Shown here piece after piece: positions 13,640 through 27,379 of a stretch of 64,000 nucleotides of DNA. The notes under the pieces were generated by a model. The model did not search any database. It was given only the letters and a program-made list of their open reading frames with translations, and was not told the origin of the DNA. Both the position numbers and the translations under genes were made by a program. This stretch comes from Octopus sinensis (lineage: Eukaryota). The first letter of the stretch is position 1; the number at the start of each line of letters is the position of its first letter. The stretch spans positions 4,154,001-4,218,000 of the forward strand of contig NC_043007.1 of assembly GCF_006345805.1 (NCBI RefSeq), read 5' to 3'.

Positions 13640-14180
13640 CAGATTCCAGGGAGGCTTTCTACATGTAGTCGATAGCTTCTGTTACCTAGGCAACCCATTT
13701 AGCAATGGAGAAGACTGCTCCAAGAGCAAAGCAGCCAAATTAAGAAAATGATGGTAAGAGTTCAGGAAACTACTACCTCTGTTGGCAGCAAAAGAATTCT
13801 TTCACCAAGTGGAAAGCAAACTGTATAGTAGCAAGATATAGGCATAGAAGATGAAGACTGGAAGGAAACATGAAGAGCATAGTCTCTTAGATGTGTGATC
13901 TAGTGAGCATGAATGGTGGAAGACAAATCATATGAGAGAAAAACTGGGTGTAAAAGGAATTGAAAGCTGTATGCAGGAGGAAGGACTGTGCTGGTGTGGA
14001 CCTGTGATGCATATGGAGGAAGGCAGCTGGCTAAAGAAGTGTCGATTGGTCCAAGTGGAAGGAGCCTATGGCGGCAGATGAAGGAAATTATGCGAAGGAA
14101 TAGTGATGCCTGATCTCAAAAGCTGTATCTCATGAATGAGACTAGAATGAGATACTGTACTGAAGCAGACCCATCTAACT
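13640..14180 (+). mobile_element. Decayed RTE-clade LINE fragment
   Basis: VVDSFCYLG...EFRKLLPLL...REKLGVKGI...QEG(frameshift)LCWCGPVMHM. Confidence 0.7.
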
Positions 14181-14615
14181 CTTAGAAGCCTGTGGTGCGA
14201 GAATGATGATGAGGGCATGAAACACCTAATCATAAACACATACACACAGTGAGTTACACACTCATTAACCACCTACCGTATACACACTTTATACATACAC
14301 ATGCACACACTTCACCATAGATACTTTCCCACTACCAACTTAGGTAGGGTGTGTTGTTGATGTTGTTGTTTAGCTCTTTAGTCTACTTCAATTGAGCTGA
14401 CCCTTGATTAAAGGTGTCCTACTCTGACCCCTCTTTCCTTGTATATCCAAGACTACACTGTCAAATGTGGCCCTCTTTTCTTAACAAGGTACATTGTGAT
14501 TTGAGGTTGATTTGGTTACTATTTCTAGTTGTTCACAAAACATGTTGCAGTTCCCTTATTGATTTGTGCATTCATATGATTGCTTTTGTGCATGTGTGTG
14601 CATGTGTGTGTGTGC

Positions 14616-14649
<34 letters not shown>

Positions 14650-14944
14650 GTGTCAAAAGCCTACACACTTTCAGCAAGCAGAGTCTGTGATCATATTTTT
14701 TTTTTTCATTTTAATTCGCTGTTAGCTTTCATTTCACTTACATTGCTAATTCTCTTGGGAAAGGCATGAACATCATAAATACACTTTGCTACTGCATCTC
14801 AAATCAATAGGACTAATCATGCATTCATGAATACTGCTGATTTTGAATAGTCAAACAACAAGTAAAGACATTTGGCTCACATTTCACCTTTGAGAAAAAA
14901 AAAAAATCCAAAACACGTAATTAAATAAAACATGGTTGCACAAG

Positions 14945-14963
14945 CACATGCACACACACGCAT

Positions 14964-15019
<56 letters not shown>

Positions 15020-15108
15020 ACACATATATACACACACATATATGTATATATGTATATATATATATATGTATATATGTATATGTGTGTGTGTGTGTATATA
15101 TATATGTA

Positions 15109-15149
<41 letters not shown>

Positions 15150-15205
15150 ATATATATATATATAATATATATATATATATATACATGTATATTATCACAC
15201 ACACA
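14945..15205. repeat. Compound (CA)n/(TA)n/(TG)n microsatellite
   Basis: Direct reading; source of several spurious ORFs. Confidence 0.95.
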
Positions 15206-16026
15206 CGTACACAGAGTTCTTTGAATTGTTGATGCATTTTTGATTAAATACACAAGTTGAAACCTGTTAACCAGTTTTGATGTTGAGTCATTCATTCTGT
15301 CCGACAGCATTAGGTTAGTAGGGAATGAGAGCGTATTTGTTTTCCCAGCCTAAGTAGGGTGGGAAAATTGGCAGAGCTTTTGCTTTTCACTTTTCATTAT
15401 TCTGTTGAACATTATTACGATGATGGTGTGTGTGTGTGGGGGGGGGATTATGATTTTATGTTTAGAGTATTGATGTCAGTTAATTAACGGACTTTCACAT
15501 TAAACACACATACATGCGCGTGCACGCACACACACACACTCTCACACACGCGCTGCATTTTAATCATAAATTTATGAAGTTAGGCTATGAGTTGATATAT
15601 AGCAACAATATTAGAAGCATCATGTAATAAAAAAGAACCAGGAATTCTATATTTGGTCATGCCATGATATTCAGCAAATTACTATTGACCATTTTCATAT
15701 CAATTGGGGAAAGACTGTTGTCTTTAATTTAAAAAATATATTGAGAAGAATGTGTCAAGAAAATTTCTATTTTTTATTATGAGTGAACCATTTAATATTC
15801 CTGCTGTGAGAATTTTCTGTGATTATTGAGTTTTCTTTGATAAAGCCAGTTAACGTAAGCCTGTAAGAGAGTTTTTATGTAGTCATCTGAGATTATTTAG
15901 TTTAGCAGCCAAATCTCTTTCAAGAAGAAGAGGATAATTTTAAGTTGTAAATCTCAGAATTGCATTTATGGGAGATGGCAGAACCCTGGCTATATATACA
16001 CTCCAAAGAGGGTAATTATATATATA

Positions 16027-16060
<34 letters not shown>

Positions 16061-19000
16061 GATAGATAGATATATGTGTGTGTGTGTGTGTATATATGTA
16101 TATATATATCATCATCATCATCACATATATAAACCATATATATATATATATATATATATCATCATCATCATCATTATATAGCATCTACTTTTCCTTGCTT
16201 GCATGAATCAGATGGAATTTTTGTGGCAGATTTTTTACAGCTGGATGCACTTCCATTCACCAACCATTACTTGTTTCTAAGCATGGTAACATGCCCCATG
16301 AATGGACATATTTCTGAAAGAAAACTGGAAATAAGCAACATTGCTCCTATGATGCTGCTGCACATTTACAATCATCGCACGATATCAAGAGACACATGCA
16401 CATGCGCACACACACAAGCATACATATATACTTACACATATATGATGGACTTCCCTATGTTCTCTGTCTTCCAAGTCCACCCGCAAGGCTTTGGGCAGCT
16501 CAGGGCTGCAGTAGAAAACACTTTCCACATAGTGGTGCCAAACCCGAGACCACTTGCCTCCCAGTCATCCAGCTGTTGCTCCAGCTTGCAGAGCACAAAA
16601 GGAAAAGTGCGATTTAGAAAGCCAAGGCAATGGTGTTGGGGAAAAGTTATATATGATGCCCTCATCATCCCTGTCATCATTTTTACATACATTTTTTGAT
16701 GCTCCCAAGGATTGAACAGAGTTTTGTTGAGGTGGATTTTTTTGTACAGCTGGATGCCCTTCATGTTGCCAGCCCTCACCTGTTTTCAAGTAAGATATCA
16801 TTTTCCCATAACTAGACATGTTTTTCCAGAAGATCTGGAAAGAGGGATACCACTTATATATGGGTGACATTTGTTTGTGATTATGACATGATGCCAAGGC
16901 AAGGATATAGTAACAGATAAACACGCATGTACGCACATGCGTGCATGCATACACACACATATACAAAAGAGCCTTGGTTTGCAAATGCCTCTCATCATGA
17001 ACAAATCAGTTGACAAAGAATGTTTCCAACATAAAATGTCTCGGGTAACAAACAGTGTATCAATTAACGAAGACACTAGCTGGCAACAAGTTGATACACA
17101 TACAGACATATATAGACAACAGATTTACTTCAGCTTCTGTCTACTAAATCCACTCACAAGGATTTGGTCAGCCAGGGCAATAACAGAAGATATTTGCCCA
17201 AGGTGCCATAGTCTAGGATTTAAGCAGGAACCATGTGGTTGGAAAGCAAGCTTCTTACCACACGGCCATGCTTGTGCTTGTGTGTGTGTGTGTATTAAAC
17301 TTGTACCATAAGATATTCAATAATCTAATATTTTTGAGGGGAAGGAAAGTTCAGACACAACCTTCAGTTCTCCTTATTCTTTGAAAATGGTTATTTTTCA
17401 CATGTATAACCAGTTTATTAAATATTGTAGGGTAAAAGTTTATTATGGAACAACCATTTCAGCCCACAAAAATTATAAAAATTTATATGAAACTTGGTTG
17501 TTGTTTCTAGCAGGTCAAGTGATCACAGCTTTAATATTTTTACCTTTGTTATTTGCAGTGGAGTCTGTTCTTTCTGGAGCTTCTCCCTTTTTCTTTAATA
17601 TCCAGAAGTCCTACAATTACTAAACTTGTGTGTCAGTGTGTTGGTCACTATGTAACTACTGCCTGTCTCTGTGTATATTCATGAAGAAAAGAAGCAAAAA
17701 GCAAAGAGGCTATGTGGATTCTCTTGCATATTCTCTAAAAAAATTCTTTTCTAATTAATATTTTCCCTTAAGAAATTTCCTTAACTTAAAATTTATTTAG
17801 ATCTTTGATTAGCTAAAATAAATAATTGAAAAAAAATTCTTTTGACTATTTCATGGCGCTTACTGTTTCTTTTTAAAATGTCTTTTCCATTTACTTTTTG
17901 TCAGTTTATGAAATTTATCTTTCTAAGCTTCTTGTTAAATGATAAAAATAATAATAATGTAGTCGGTTTTATACTTTCTGAATTTTGTCTGTGTAACAAA
18001 TGCTTTTCTGTTTGTAAAAAGCATTTCCTGTAAAAAAGAGTAGACTAGAAAGAAAAATACAGGTGCAGGAATGATATTCTTAATTAATTAAACCTGGAAA
18101 AGTACAAAACAAGAAGTGAAAGCTTTAGAATATTTGGAATTTAAATTTAAATATTATGCCTTTTGGGTTAATTCAAATAGAAAAAACAATTTACTCTCAT
18201 TTTACTTCTGAATTCATTTATTCATGACTATTGGTAAATATTTCATTACCCTCTGATGGAGGAGTAGTGCCCAAAACATTAAACTTTGTGGAAAAATAAA
18301 TGATTCCATTTTGTAAAGTTTTTGTATCACTATCTACCAATGTTGGATTGAATTTTACTGTTTTGCTATGATTACATAAATTTTAAATTCCACATTGTCA
18401 TTAAGTTCTGAAATAACATTATCAACTTTGAACAAAGCACATCTGCATAAAGTGTACATTGTAATAATTCTATACAGTTGTGTGAGTGTGTGTGTGTGTG
18501 TGAGTGAGTGAGGAAGAGACAGAGACAGTGAATGGCTGAGTGCATCTATCTGCACATGCATAGATAAACTCTTACAAATTCTTGATTTAAGATGAGTTGA
18601 TGAATGAATCCCTACACAGTAGCTTGACTTGTTAGAAATATCAGCAGAAGTCTATCAAATCAGACCCTGTTGCTTTAAGTAATGAAAAGATATTAGATAA
18701 TGTAGTATTAGTTACACAAAAAGATGGAACAGCCATTGCTGGAATGCTTTTGATCATAGGTCTGCTCAATAAAGGCTGACCTGAAGTTAAGCAGTAACAA
18801 CTTGACCTCAGAACAGATGCTTAATTTTATGCCCTATCATTGATGTAATTAAATTGTTCCCAAATTGAAGTATCATTTCTACATTTTGGACTCTATTATG
18901 TGTATTAGCAGTTCACACCAAGGGGCCATGCTGTGAATTTTGGTAGTTCATCATTGGCTATGTTCTGTATTTTGACAGTTCACCATTCGGTCATACTCTG

Positions 19001-20545
19001 TTTCTTGGCAATCACAATTGGGACATGCTGTGTATCTTCACAGTTTTGTCTATTTGAACAACCGAAGCTGTGTATAATTAATGAGAATGTCCGTGATATT
19101 TCAATTTCCAATTTTAATTCTCCCATCTGTGTAATTTAAATATATGAGAAGCATTTAGAGACTGACTTCTCTCTGTATATCATACACTGTCCATATGAGC
19201 CACCAAGTTATGTGATCCACTCCCACCATTTGCTGGGCGAGTCATTGTGTGACAGAACTTCTTTCTACAAGCAACGCTTACAAGGAAATTTTAATTTAAT
19301 GCTCTCAGATTAAAATACTTGTTAAATATCCCATATTGTTACTTCTTTTAGCAATGAACTGTATCTCTTTATAGTACCTAATCATAGCTCTGTGGATTTA
19401 GCCATTTGAGAGTTAAGTTTTTTTAGTGCAATGTTGTCAACAGGATATGAACAACAAATCCTATCAACCCAACCAGTTGTGCTTCTCTATTCTTGTAAGG
19501 TGTATTGTTTAAAGTACTTTTTTTTTTGGTACATTAGCACAATTTCCTTTCCCTCTATTTTTCTTCGCTCTGTTATTTCTAGGTTCTATTGTGTTCTATG
19601 TTAAAAAAACAACAAACAAAAAATCTAATTATATTTCAATTCTTTTTTTTTTCATATACCATATCTATCAGTTTGTATGTTTTTGTTTTTGAGGAATAAA
19701 CATACAAATAAATTTATTTGGATCTAAAGAAATAAAGAAAAATGCTTGGTCATGTGATATAAATTAAGGGTCAAAGAGCTTAAAATGATTCGATTAGGTC
19801 ATCGTTGATGATAAAATATTCCCAAACAAACAGTGTATTTTATTTATTATTTTGCTTTGAGATCAATAACTAACAACTAACAAGAGAAAGTGCCATGCAA
19901 AAATCTCTCCATGTGCCACCCCTGCTTGTTCTTCTTCACCCAGTTCCATCTCCATCTCACCATCTAATACTACACAAATATTTCCATATACCACCCCTAC
20001 CTACAGTTGTTTCATTCCAGAGAGTGCTTTGGTTCAAAGGATTCTGAATGGGGTAGAATGGGTGAAGACTGTTACACGGCCAATTATAACCACACCCCCA
20101 GCACCTCCACCATTACCACATATTTTCCCACTGTGTGACAAAGGATTCAGCTATCTTGGAGCCTGCATTCCATATTTTTATTGCCATCCCCCATCTCTCT
20201 CTCTCTCTCATCCCCCCACACTAACACACATGCACTCACTCACTTGCACACATAAATATATCTATGTATGTTTGCTAATATGCACTAGCACACACACACA
20301 CATGCATTTATGCATGCATGTACTTAAGTATGCATGTATACCCACACACATCCAAACTTACACATACAAATGCACAGGCATACAAGGATTCCCATACTCA
20401 GAGATAGAAAACCACAGAGGCAGCACAGATTTTCAAACACAACCATATACATACACTTATTCGAAAAGTGTGTGTCTATGGTGGTAAGTAGTTGAAATTT
20501 GTGGGTGTTTGAGGTGTGTATAACCTATGTGCATTCTCCTTCTTT

Positions 20546-20594
<49 letters not shown>

Positions 20595-20597
<3 letters not shown>

Positions 20598-21015
20598 TGC
20601 AGGAGTGGCTGTGTGGTAAGAAGCTTGCTTACCAACCACATGTTTCCAGGTTCAGTCCCACTGCGTGGCACCTTGGGCAAGTAAGTTTCTGCTACTATAA
20701 GCCTCGGGCCGACAAAACCCTTGTAAGTGGATTTAGTAGATGGAAACTGAAGGAAGCCTGTCTATATATATGTGTGTGTGTGTGTGTGCGTTTGTGCATG
20801 TGTGTGTGTATGTTTGTCCCCCAACACACACACACATTGCTTGACAACTGATGCTGGTTCGGTAGAAACTTAGCAGTTCAGCAAAAGAGACTGATAGAAT
20901 AAGTACTAGGCTTACAAAGAATAAGTCCTAGAGTCAGTTTGCTCGACTAAAGATGGTGCTCCAGCATGGCCACAGTCAAATGACTAAAACAAATAAAAGA
21001 ATAAAACAATAAAAG
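20595..21015 (+). mobile_element. Full-length SINE family A
   Basis: Colinear with 6914-7322. Confidence 0.85.
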
Positions 21016-21121
21016 AATACACACACACATATACACATACATATAATATATATATATATATATCATAAATGTATATATATTATATATAAATAAATACTAT
21101 ATACACTCTCTCTCTCTCTCG

Positions 21122-21154
<33 letters not shown>

Positions 21155-22817
21155 CATATGGACACACATTCTCACCTCCCTGCACACACACACTTTAACA
21201 TACCCTAACATACACATTAATGCAGACATATTAACACACATACACAAATAACCGAGTGCACACGTACCCAGTTTACACAAAAAACATTTATTAAACCATA
21301 CACAGTGTCTGCCCAGGCTCTCCATGCTCAAACACACACAGACACATAAAGTAGCACAGGCACACACACACACACACACACAACACACACACACACATAC
21401 ATGCACCCACACACACACATGCTTGTGATCTTGTGCATGAAATATAAAAAAATGCTTATCACTCTGCACACATGCATACATAATCATTTAGACACCCGGA
21501 TACACAAACATAACATTTACCCAAATACCCATTGATTTAACCAACCCCTCCACCCCTAATACACACTCACTCACACATACACACTTTCCCAGCCACCACC
21601 TCCCTTCTTCCACATACACACTGTACTACACCACCTCATATACACACACATACATTTACATGCACACACACACTGTATCATGAACATACATTGTTATATA
21701 TATATATATATACACATTATTATCCTTCTTATTATACATTCGCAAACACATACGCATATATGTATAAGCGTACACCTTTTTCTGTATTCTTCCACAAGCT
21801 GATAGCAATACACTACCCTTTAAAGTTACCCACCCTGCATTCCACGCTCTTTCTGCCTTCTCTTCCTCCTCTTTGATTGTTTTTCTTTTTTTCTTTTTTC
21901 CTTTTTTTTCTTTTTTTTATTAATGGGGTACAGGTTAACAAAAGAACATGTTACATTAATGAATGAACATAAACAATAAGAACTGGTAAACAACTAGAAC
22001 AACAACTGCAACAGCATCATCATCATCATCATCATCATCGTGATCATCGTTATTCTCGTAATCATCAAGATCAAGAAGAATATAGGGAAACAACAGCATC
22101 AGTAACAACAACATGCGCCTCTACACAGATGCGCATTCTCATACGCGTACACATGCTGAACACGGGAAACTAACTCATCAAATCAATAGAGCGTTAAAAT
22201 ACACAAAGACATACACACAAACACATACACTCACACACACACACACACATGCACACACACAACATGTATAAAATGGCAATACCAGCAATTAAAACAACTA
22301 TAACAACACATGAAAAATTAAAGGAACATATAACAACAATAAGAACAACATTACACAAAAATATGGCAAAAAATAAGGAGCAAAAATCAATAAACAACCA
22401 ACGAAACACCAAAAAGTACAAAAATAATAGAGACACAAGAAGAAGAAGAAGAAGAAGAAGAAGAAGAAGAAGATAAAGAGTATAACAACACCTAACAACA
22501 AGACCGGGATCAGGAGCACAAAAGAAAAGAAGAGAACAAATTATAACAGTGATAACAACAGCAACAACAAGGAGAACAACAACATATGAAAAGCAAAAAA
22601 CAACAACAACAACAGCAGCATATTACAATAAAAAAAATATCAAAAAGAAAGAAGAATTGCAGATAAAAACAAAAAAAACGACAATTCAAAGAAAAAAACG
22701 CAACAACACAAAAAAAGCCCCGAATAACAAGAATAACAAAATTAATTTGTAAACTTGATAATAAATAAGAACTCAACCAATAACATGCTATCAACTAATC
22801 ACACAATGGCGAGCCGG

Positions 22818-22887
22818 TCACATGTTGAATGCATCAATCACATGATCAACGACACGTCAGTCACATGATGGTAAGCTGATCACATGA
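22818..22887. promoter_or_regulatory. Cluster of four TCACATG(A) E-box/M-box motifs plus an ACGTCA CRE half-site; probable promoter
   Basis: TCACATG at 22818, 22838, 22861 and 22880; ACGTCA at 22854; locally CpG-retaining; strand skew flips across the site. Confidence 0.55.
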
Positions 22888-23099
22888 GAGCCGCTGAGGT
22901 TCCAACACTAGGCAATAAAATGGAAATCACCCATTAAGTAAACCGCTTACTGTTGGTGATGCTGATGGTTGTGGTGGTGATGATGATGATGATGTTGGTG
23001 ATGTGGATGGTAGTAGTGGTTGTAGTGGTGTTGGTTGGTTGGTTGGTAGTGGCAGTGTTGATTTTTAACATTTATGGTCATCTAAGTCTCCTTGTTCTG

Positions 23100-23141
<42 letters not shown>

Positions 23142-23444
23142 TTACAAGTATATTTATTCTCTGCATGTTTGTCTCTCTCTCTGTATATATCTCTTCCCAC
23201 CCCTCTCTCTCTCTCTCTTTCTATTTCTGTATATATCTCTCCCCACCCCTCTCTCTCTCTCTTTCTAGCTTTGTATATTTCTCTCCCCACCCTCCCTCTC
23301 TCTCTCCCTGTGTGTATTTTAATAAATAGCATTATCTGTATACCTATCTATCTACCTATCAGCACACACAGTCACACACACACACACACAGACACACACA
23401 CACACAGTCATTTAACATCAAAACTTCCCATGCCGGCAATATAT

Positions 23445-23507
<63 letters not shown>

Positions 23508-23511
23508 CGTG

Positions 23512-23671
23512 CAGGTGCCGGCATGGCTGTGTTAAGAAGTTTACTTCCCGACCACATTGTTTCATTTTCAATCTCACTGCACAGCACCTTGGGCAAGTGT
23601 CTTTAGCTGTACTAGCCTTGGGCTGACCAAAGACTTGTGAGTGGATTTGGTATATGGAAACTGAAAGATAT

Positions 23672-23680
<9 letters not shown>
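23512..23680 (+). mobile_element. SINE family A, 5' half
   Basis: ggcatggctgtgttaagaag...cttgggcaagtg...gagtggatttggta; 3' half absent. Confidence 0.75.
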
Positions 23681-23717
<37 letters not shown>

Positions 23718-23733
23718 TATAATGTATGTGTAT

Positions 23734-24126
23734 ACTAGCAGTATCGCCTGGCATTGCTCGGGTTTGTTTCGACCCTTTAGAATTAGAATTTTTGAAAAGT
23801 AAAAATTTTGCATTATGTAGCTTGTTATTCTCTTTAAGTGAACATTTTCTTGGTTGAAATATACCGAAAAATGGCAACACAGCAGTCAAAAAATCGTAAA
23901 AATAGGGATTTTCATAGAAAAAAAGCACCTTTTTGATGTAAATAATATTTGGTGTTAACATGGTCCAATTTGAATTTTTTCTTCTACAGAAGGAAGAGCA
24001 AGGCTTCTTCTATCAAACTCTCAATTTTGGTCAACTTGCGCCACAGGGTCTCGGAGGAGATATTGTTAGTTGAAGGCTACCAAACCTGCCATACACAGAC
24101 AACTTCAGCTTTATACATATAGAGAT
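23734..24126 (+). mobile_element. Non-autonomous Helentron/DINE-1-like element (HINE)
   Basis: Starts ACTAGCAGTATCGCCTGGCATTGCTCGG and ends cagacaacttcagctttatacatatagagat, the end architecture of DINE-like elements; inserted in a TA-rich tract. Confidence 0.55.
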
Positions 24127-24399
24127 ATATATGCACATATAATGTATATGAAGATGTGTGTCTGTGTGTGTTACCATTTCCTTACATTGATACTGAATGA
24201 TAGTTATAAACCAGTGTTAACCCCCATGCAAGTGATGTCCCTCATTCCCAACCAGATCATAGCAAAATTTACTTTACTTGGAAACAGGTGGGGTTTGGTG
24301 ACAGGAAGGTCCTCCGGCTGTAGAAAATCTGCTTTTGGCAGATTTCATCTGATCCATGCAAGCATGGAAAAGTGGATGTTAAAATGATGATGTTGATGA

Positions 24400-24435
<36 letters not shown>

Positions 24436-24479
24436 GCAAGCAAGCATGTATCTATAAATCCGCTTCTCTTCTCACATTC

Positions 24480-25050
24480 TTACAACCTACACACACATCT
24501 ACACACCATGTCCTTTTCCCTCATCCTTTCTCTGTCTACTCTATTATTACTACTATTCTGCTGTTCTTCATCTCTTTCTGATTTGGCTGTCATCAACATC
24601 TCTCCCTCTCTTCTACCTGCCTTCCCAACTTCTATATAACATTGGTCATCTCTCCACCCTTGTCCACTATTCAACTCCACCCAGTCTCTGCAGTCATAAC
24701 TAATTCTCCCCTACTTTCACTCTCACCTGCATTTATCATTGATCCCTCCTCTACCCTTGCTCTTTATTCATTAAACTCTTCTCCACCCTCTTTCTTCATT
24801 TCTAAGCATCTCCCACTCTCCTTTTACACTTTTGTAAACTCTACTCACCCACACTTCTTGTCTTTCTGTCCCCATGCAATCCTAATTGCCTACTTATATA
24901 CCCGAAAGGTCTATCCTTACACCTCATTACCATTATTTTATTTAGCTTTCCAGCCCCATCCTGGTTACCTCCGCTTGTATAATGAGGGTAGACATGTGTA
25001 TTCTCTACAGCAAGAACCCAGTTCTGTTCTGACTCCCTCTTTCATATTTT
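24480..25050 (-). mobile_element. Very decayed non-LTR RT fragment
   Basis: Purine-rich minus strand with remnants resembling GVRQGC and EELNE.R..EE..M.IN..ESKV. Confidence 0.3.
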
Positions 25051-25919
25051 AATCTCTCATCTCCTAGTATAAACCACCTTCCACTTGACTACAGATCCCC
25101 TCAGCTGAAGGGGATTTGTAAACTGCATGGCAATCTGACTAGAACTGATGCTACAAAAAAAACCCCACCCACTACACTCTGTAAAGTGGTTGGCATTAGG
25201 CAGAGCATCCAGTCATGCCAAAGGAGATCTTGGAGCATGATGCAGTCCTCGGACTAATTGGATTCTGTCAAATTGTCCAACTCATGCCAGCATAAAAGTT
25301 AGATGGTAATGATGGCTATATATATAAGCATATATATAAATATATTTAATAAACAACAGTTTGACTCAAATGAAGAGTGAGAGATTTGAGAGAAGCTCAA
25401 GAGGGTTCAAAATGTTAGGCCTCTATTGGTCATCTTGGGTCACCAGCTATTTTCTTTATTCTTAGGCCGTGTACTTGGACAAGATGTTGGCCGGATGCTA
25501 TTGCTACTTCAGTAGCAAGCAGCACTAAAATGTATTCATCAACATCAGTTCCTTGTAATGGGTACCATTTATTGTAGAGTGGGATGTTAGTATGGGTCAG
25601 TAGCTCTGTTGTCATTCAGGGGACATGTAAACCCATTAGTGGCAACAGCCTTTATGCGGCAGTAATCAAATTTGAAGGTGTTGGATTACAAGTGAGGCTG
25701 GATGATCAGCATGGACAGGAGTTGTAATCTATTCTGGTGTTAGGGATTAAATACCTCACCCTTGGGCATGGGACAGCTAGGCCTAGGGTGGCATATCTGG
25801 AATGTCAGCTGCTAGAGACTTCACATTATCAAAGAGAGAGTAATTCTAATGGCAACAATAAGAGAGTTTAACCTTTCTGTTGTGAGTGTGTGTCATTATC
25901 ATCGTTGATTTAATGTCTG

Positions 25920-26772
25920 CGAGGGTTGGCTGAAAAGCTGGTTGACCAAGATACTCTCATGGAATGTGACCAGATGAGGTTTATTTTTGAACACAGTCCC
26001 CCTTGCAGTCCATACACTTCTATCATTGGTGATGCAGTGCTTAGGTCCCATTAGTGAAGAAGCTTTTATCCTGTTGGTCAAAAAAGGTCATCAATAGCAG
26101 ATATGATGTCATCACCTCTGCAATACTGGTTCCCAACCAAGTGTTTTCTCATATTTTGGGAACAGATGATAGCCAGATGGGGCCAAATCAGGAGAATAAG
26201 GATAGTAATGTATCACTTCAAAGCCACAATCATGCACAACAGCCATTGAAAACAAGGACTTGTGTGCTGATGTAACAAGACTCCTTTGTCAGTTTCCCTA
26301 GACATTTGGTCTTGATAGCCTTTCATAACTTCCTCAGCATGTTTGCATAGTACTCTCCACTGATGGTGTGGCCCTTTTCAAGATAGTCAATAAGCACAAT
26401 GCCTTTGGAATCCAAAAGAACCTGAGGTCATCGCCTTTTCTGCAAATGAAACAACCTTGTCCTTCTTTGGAGTAGGTGAGAGGAGTGATTCCATTGCATG
26501 AATTGCTTCTTTGCCTCTGGCTCAAAGTGATGAAGCCAACACTTATCTTGAGCTAGGAAACATTCAAGGAAACCAGCTGGATCTACCTCAAACAATGTCA
26601 GATTTTCCTATGATGTGATCAACCTGCTGTGTTTTTGGTCAGGTGTCAAAAAATGTGGCACCAACCATGCAAAAATGTGCAGAATATTCTCAATTACCTC
26701 ACGAGATATGCTAATAGCATTGGTTATTCGGTATACAGTCTGTTGCCTGTCATCCATCATCATATTTTCCTC
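25920..26772 (-). mobile_element. mariner element (HTH region to 3' TIR), decayed
   Basis: Minus: MMDDRQQTV..ITNAISISRE.IENILH..WLVPHFLTPDQK, then WLHHFEPEAKKQ.MQW, FWDSKGIVLIDYLEKGHTISGEYYANML; TIR cgagggttggctgaaaag at 25920. Confidence 0.85.
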
Positions 26773-26775
26773 ACA

Positions 26776-27100
26776 GGGATCTTGTTTCATCAGGACAATG
26801 CTCCAGCACTCAAGTCCTTGCTTCTAAGGGACTCTGTGTGTGACTGTGGCTTTGAACTGGTTGGTCACCCTCCCTGTTCTCCTGATTTGGCCCCATTTGA
26901 CTATTATCTGTTTCCCAACCTGAAAAGACACTCGACTAGGAACCAATATTCCAGTGATGGTGATGCATCTGCTGTTGATGGCTTTTTTGACGAACAGGAT
27001 GAAAGCCTCTTCATCAATGAGATCTAAGCACTGCATCACTGATGGAAGAAGTGTTGTCTGGACCACAAGGGAACTGTATTAAAAAATAAACCTCATTTGG
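26776..27100 (+). mobile_element. mariner 3' fragment, inverted relative to 25920-26772
   Basis: ILFHQDNAPA...HPPCSPDLAPFDYYLFPNLK; reverse complement of 25966-26285. Confidence 0.85.
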
Positions 27101-27340
27101 TGCTTGCATGGGTTGGACAGAATTCATTGAAGCAGATTTTCTATGGTCAGATGTCCTTCATTTTGTCAACCTTCACTTGTTTCCAAGTAAGATAATATTT
27201 CCCCATAGCCAGACATATCTTCATAGAAGATTGGAAATAAAAGATACTGTTTGTATTATGGTGACACTCATTTACAACTATCATGCGATGTCAAAACAAG
27301 GAGCCATGAATACCTTCCCATATATATATATATATATATA

Positions 27341-27372
<32 letters not shown>

Positions 27373-27379
27373 GTAAGAT

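Noticed and set aside
14884-15310. Multiple overlapping ORFs
   Set aside because: Dinucleotide microsatellite translations
22953-23606. 217-aa ORF
   Set aside because: Read-through of (GAT/GGT)n, (TA)n, (CT)n, (CA)n, (TG)n and a SINE head
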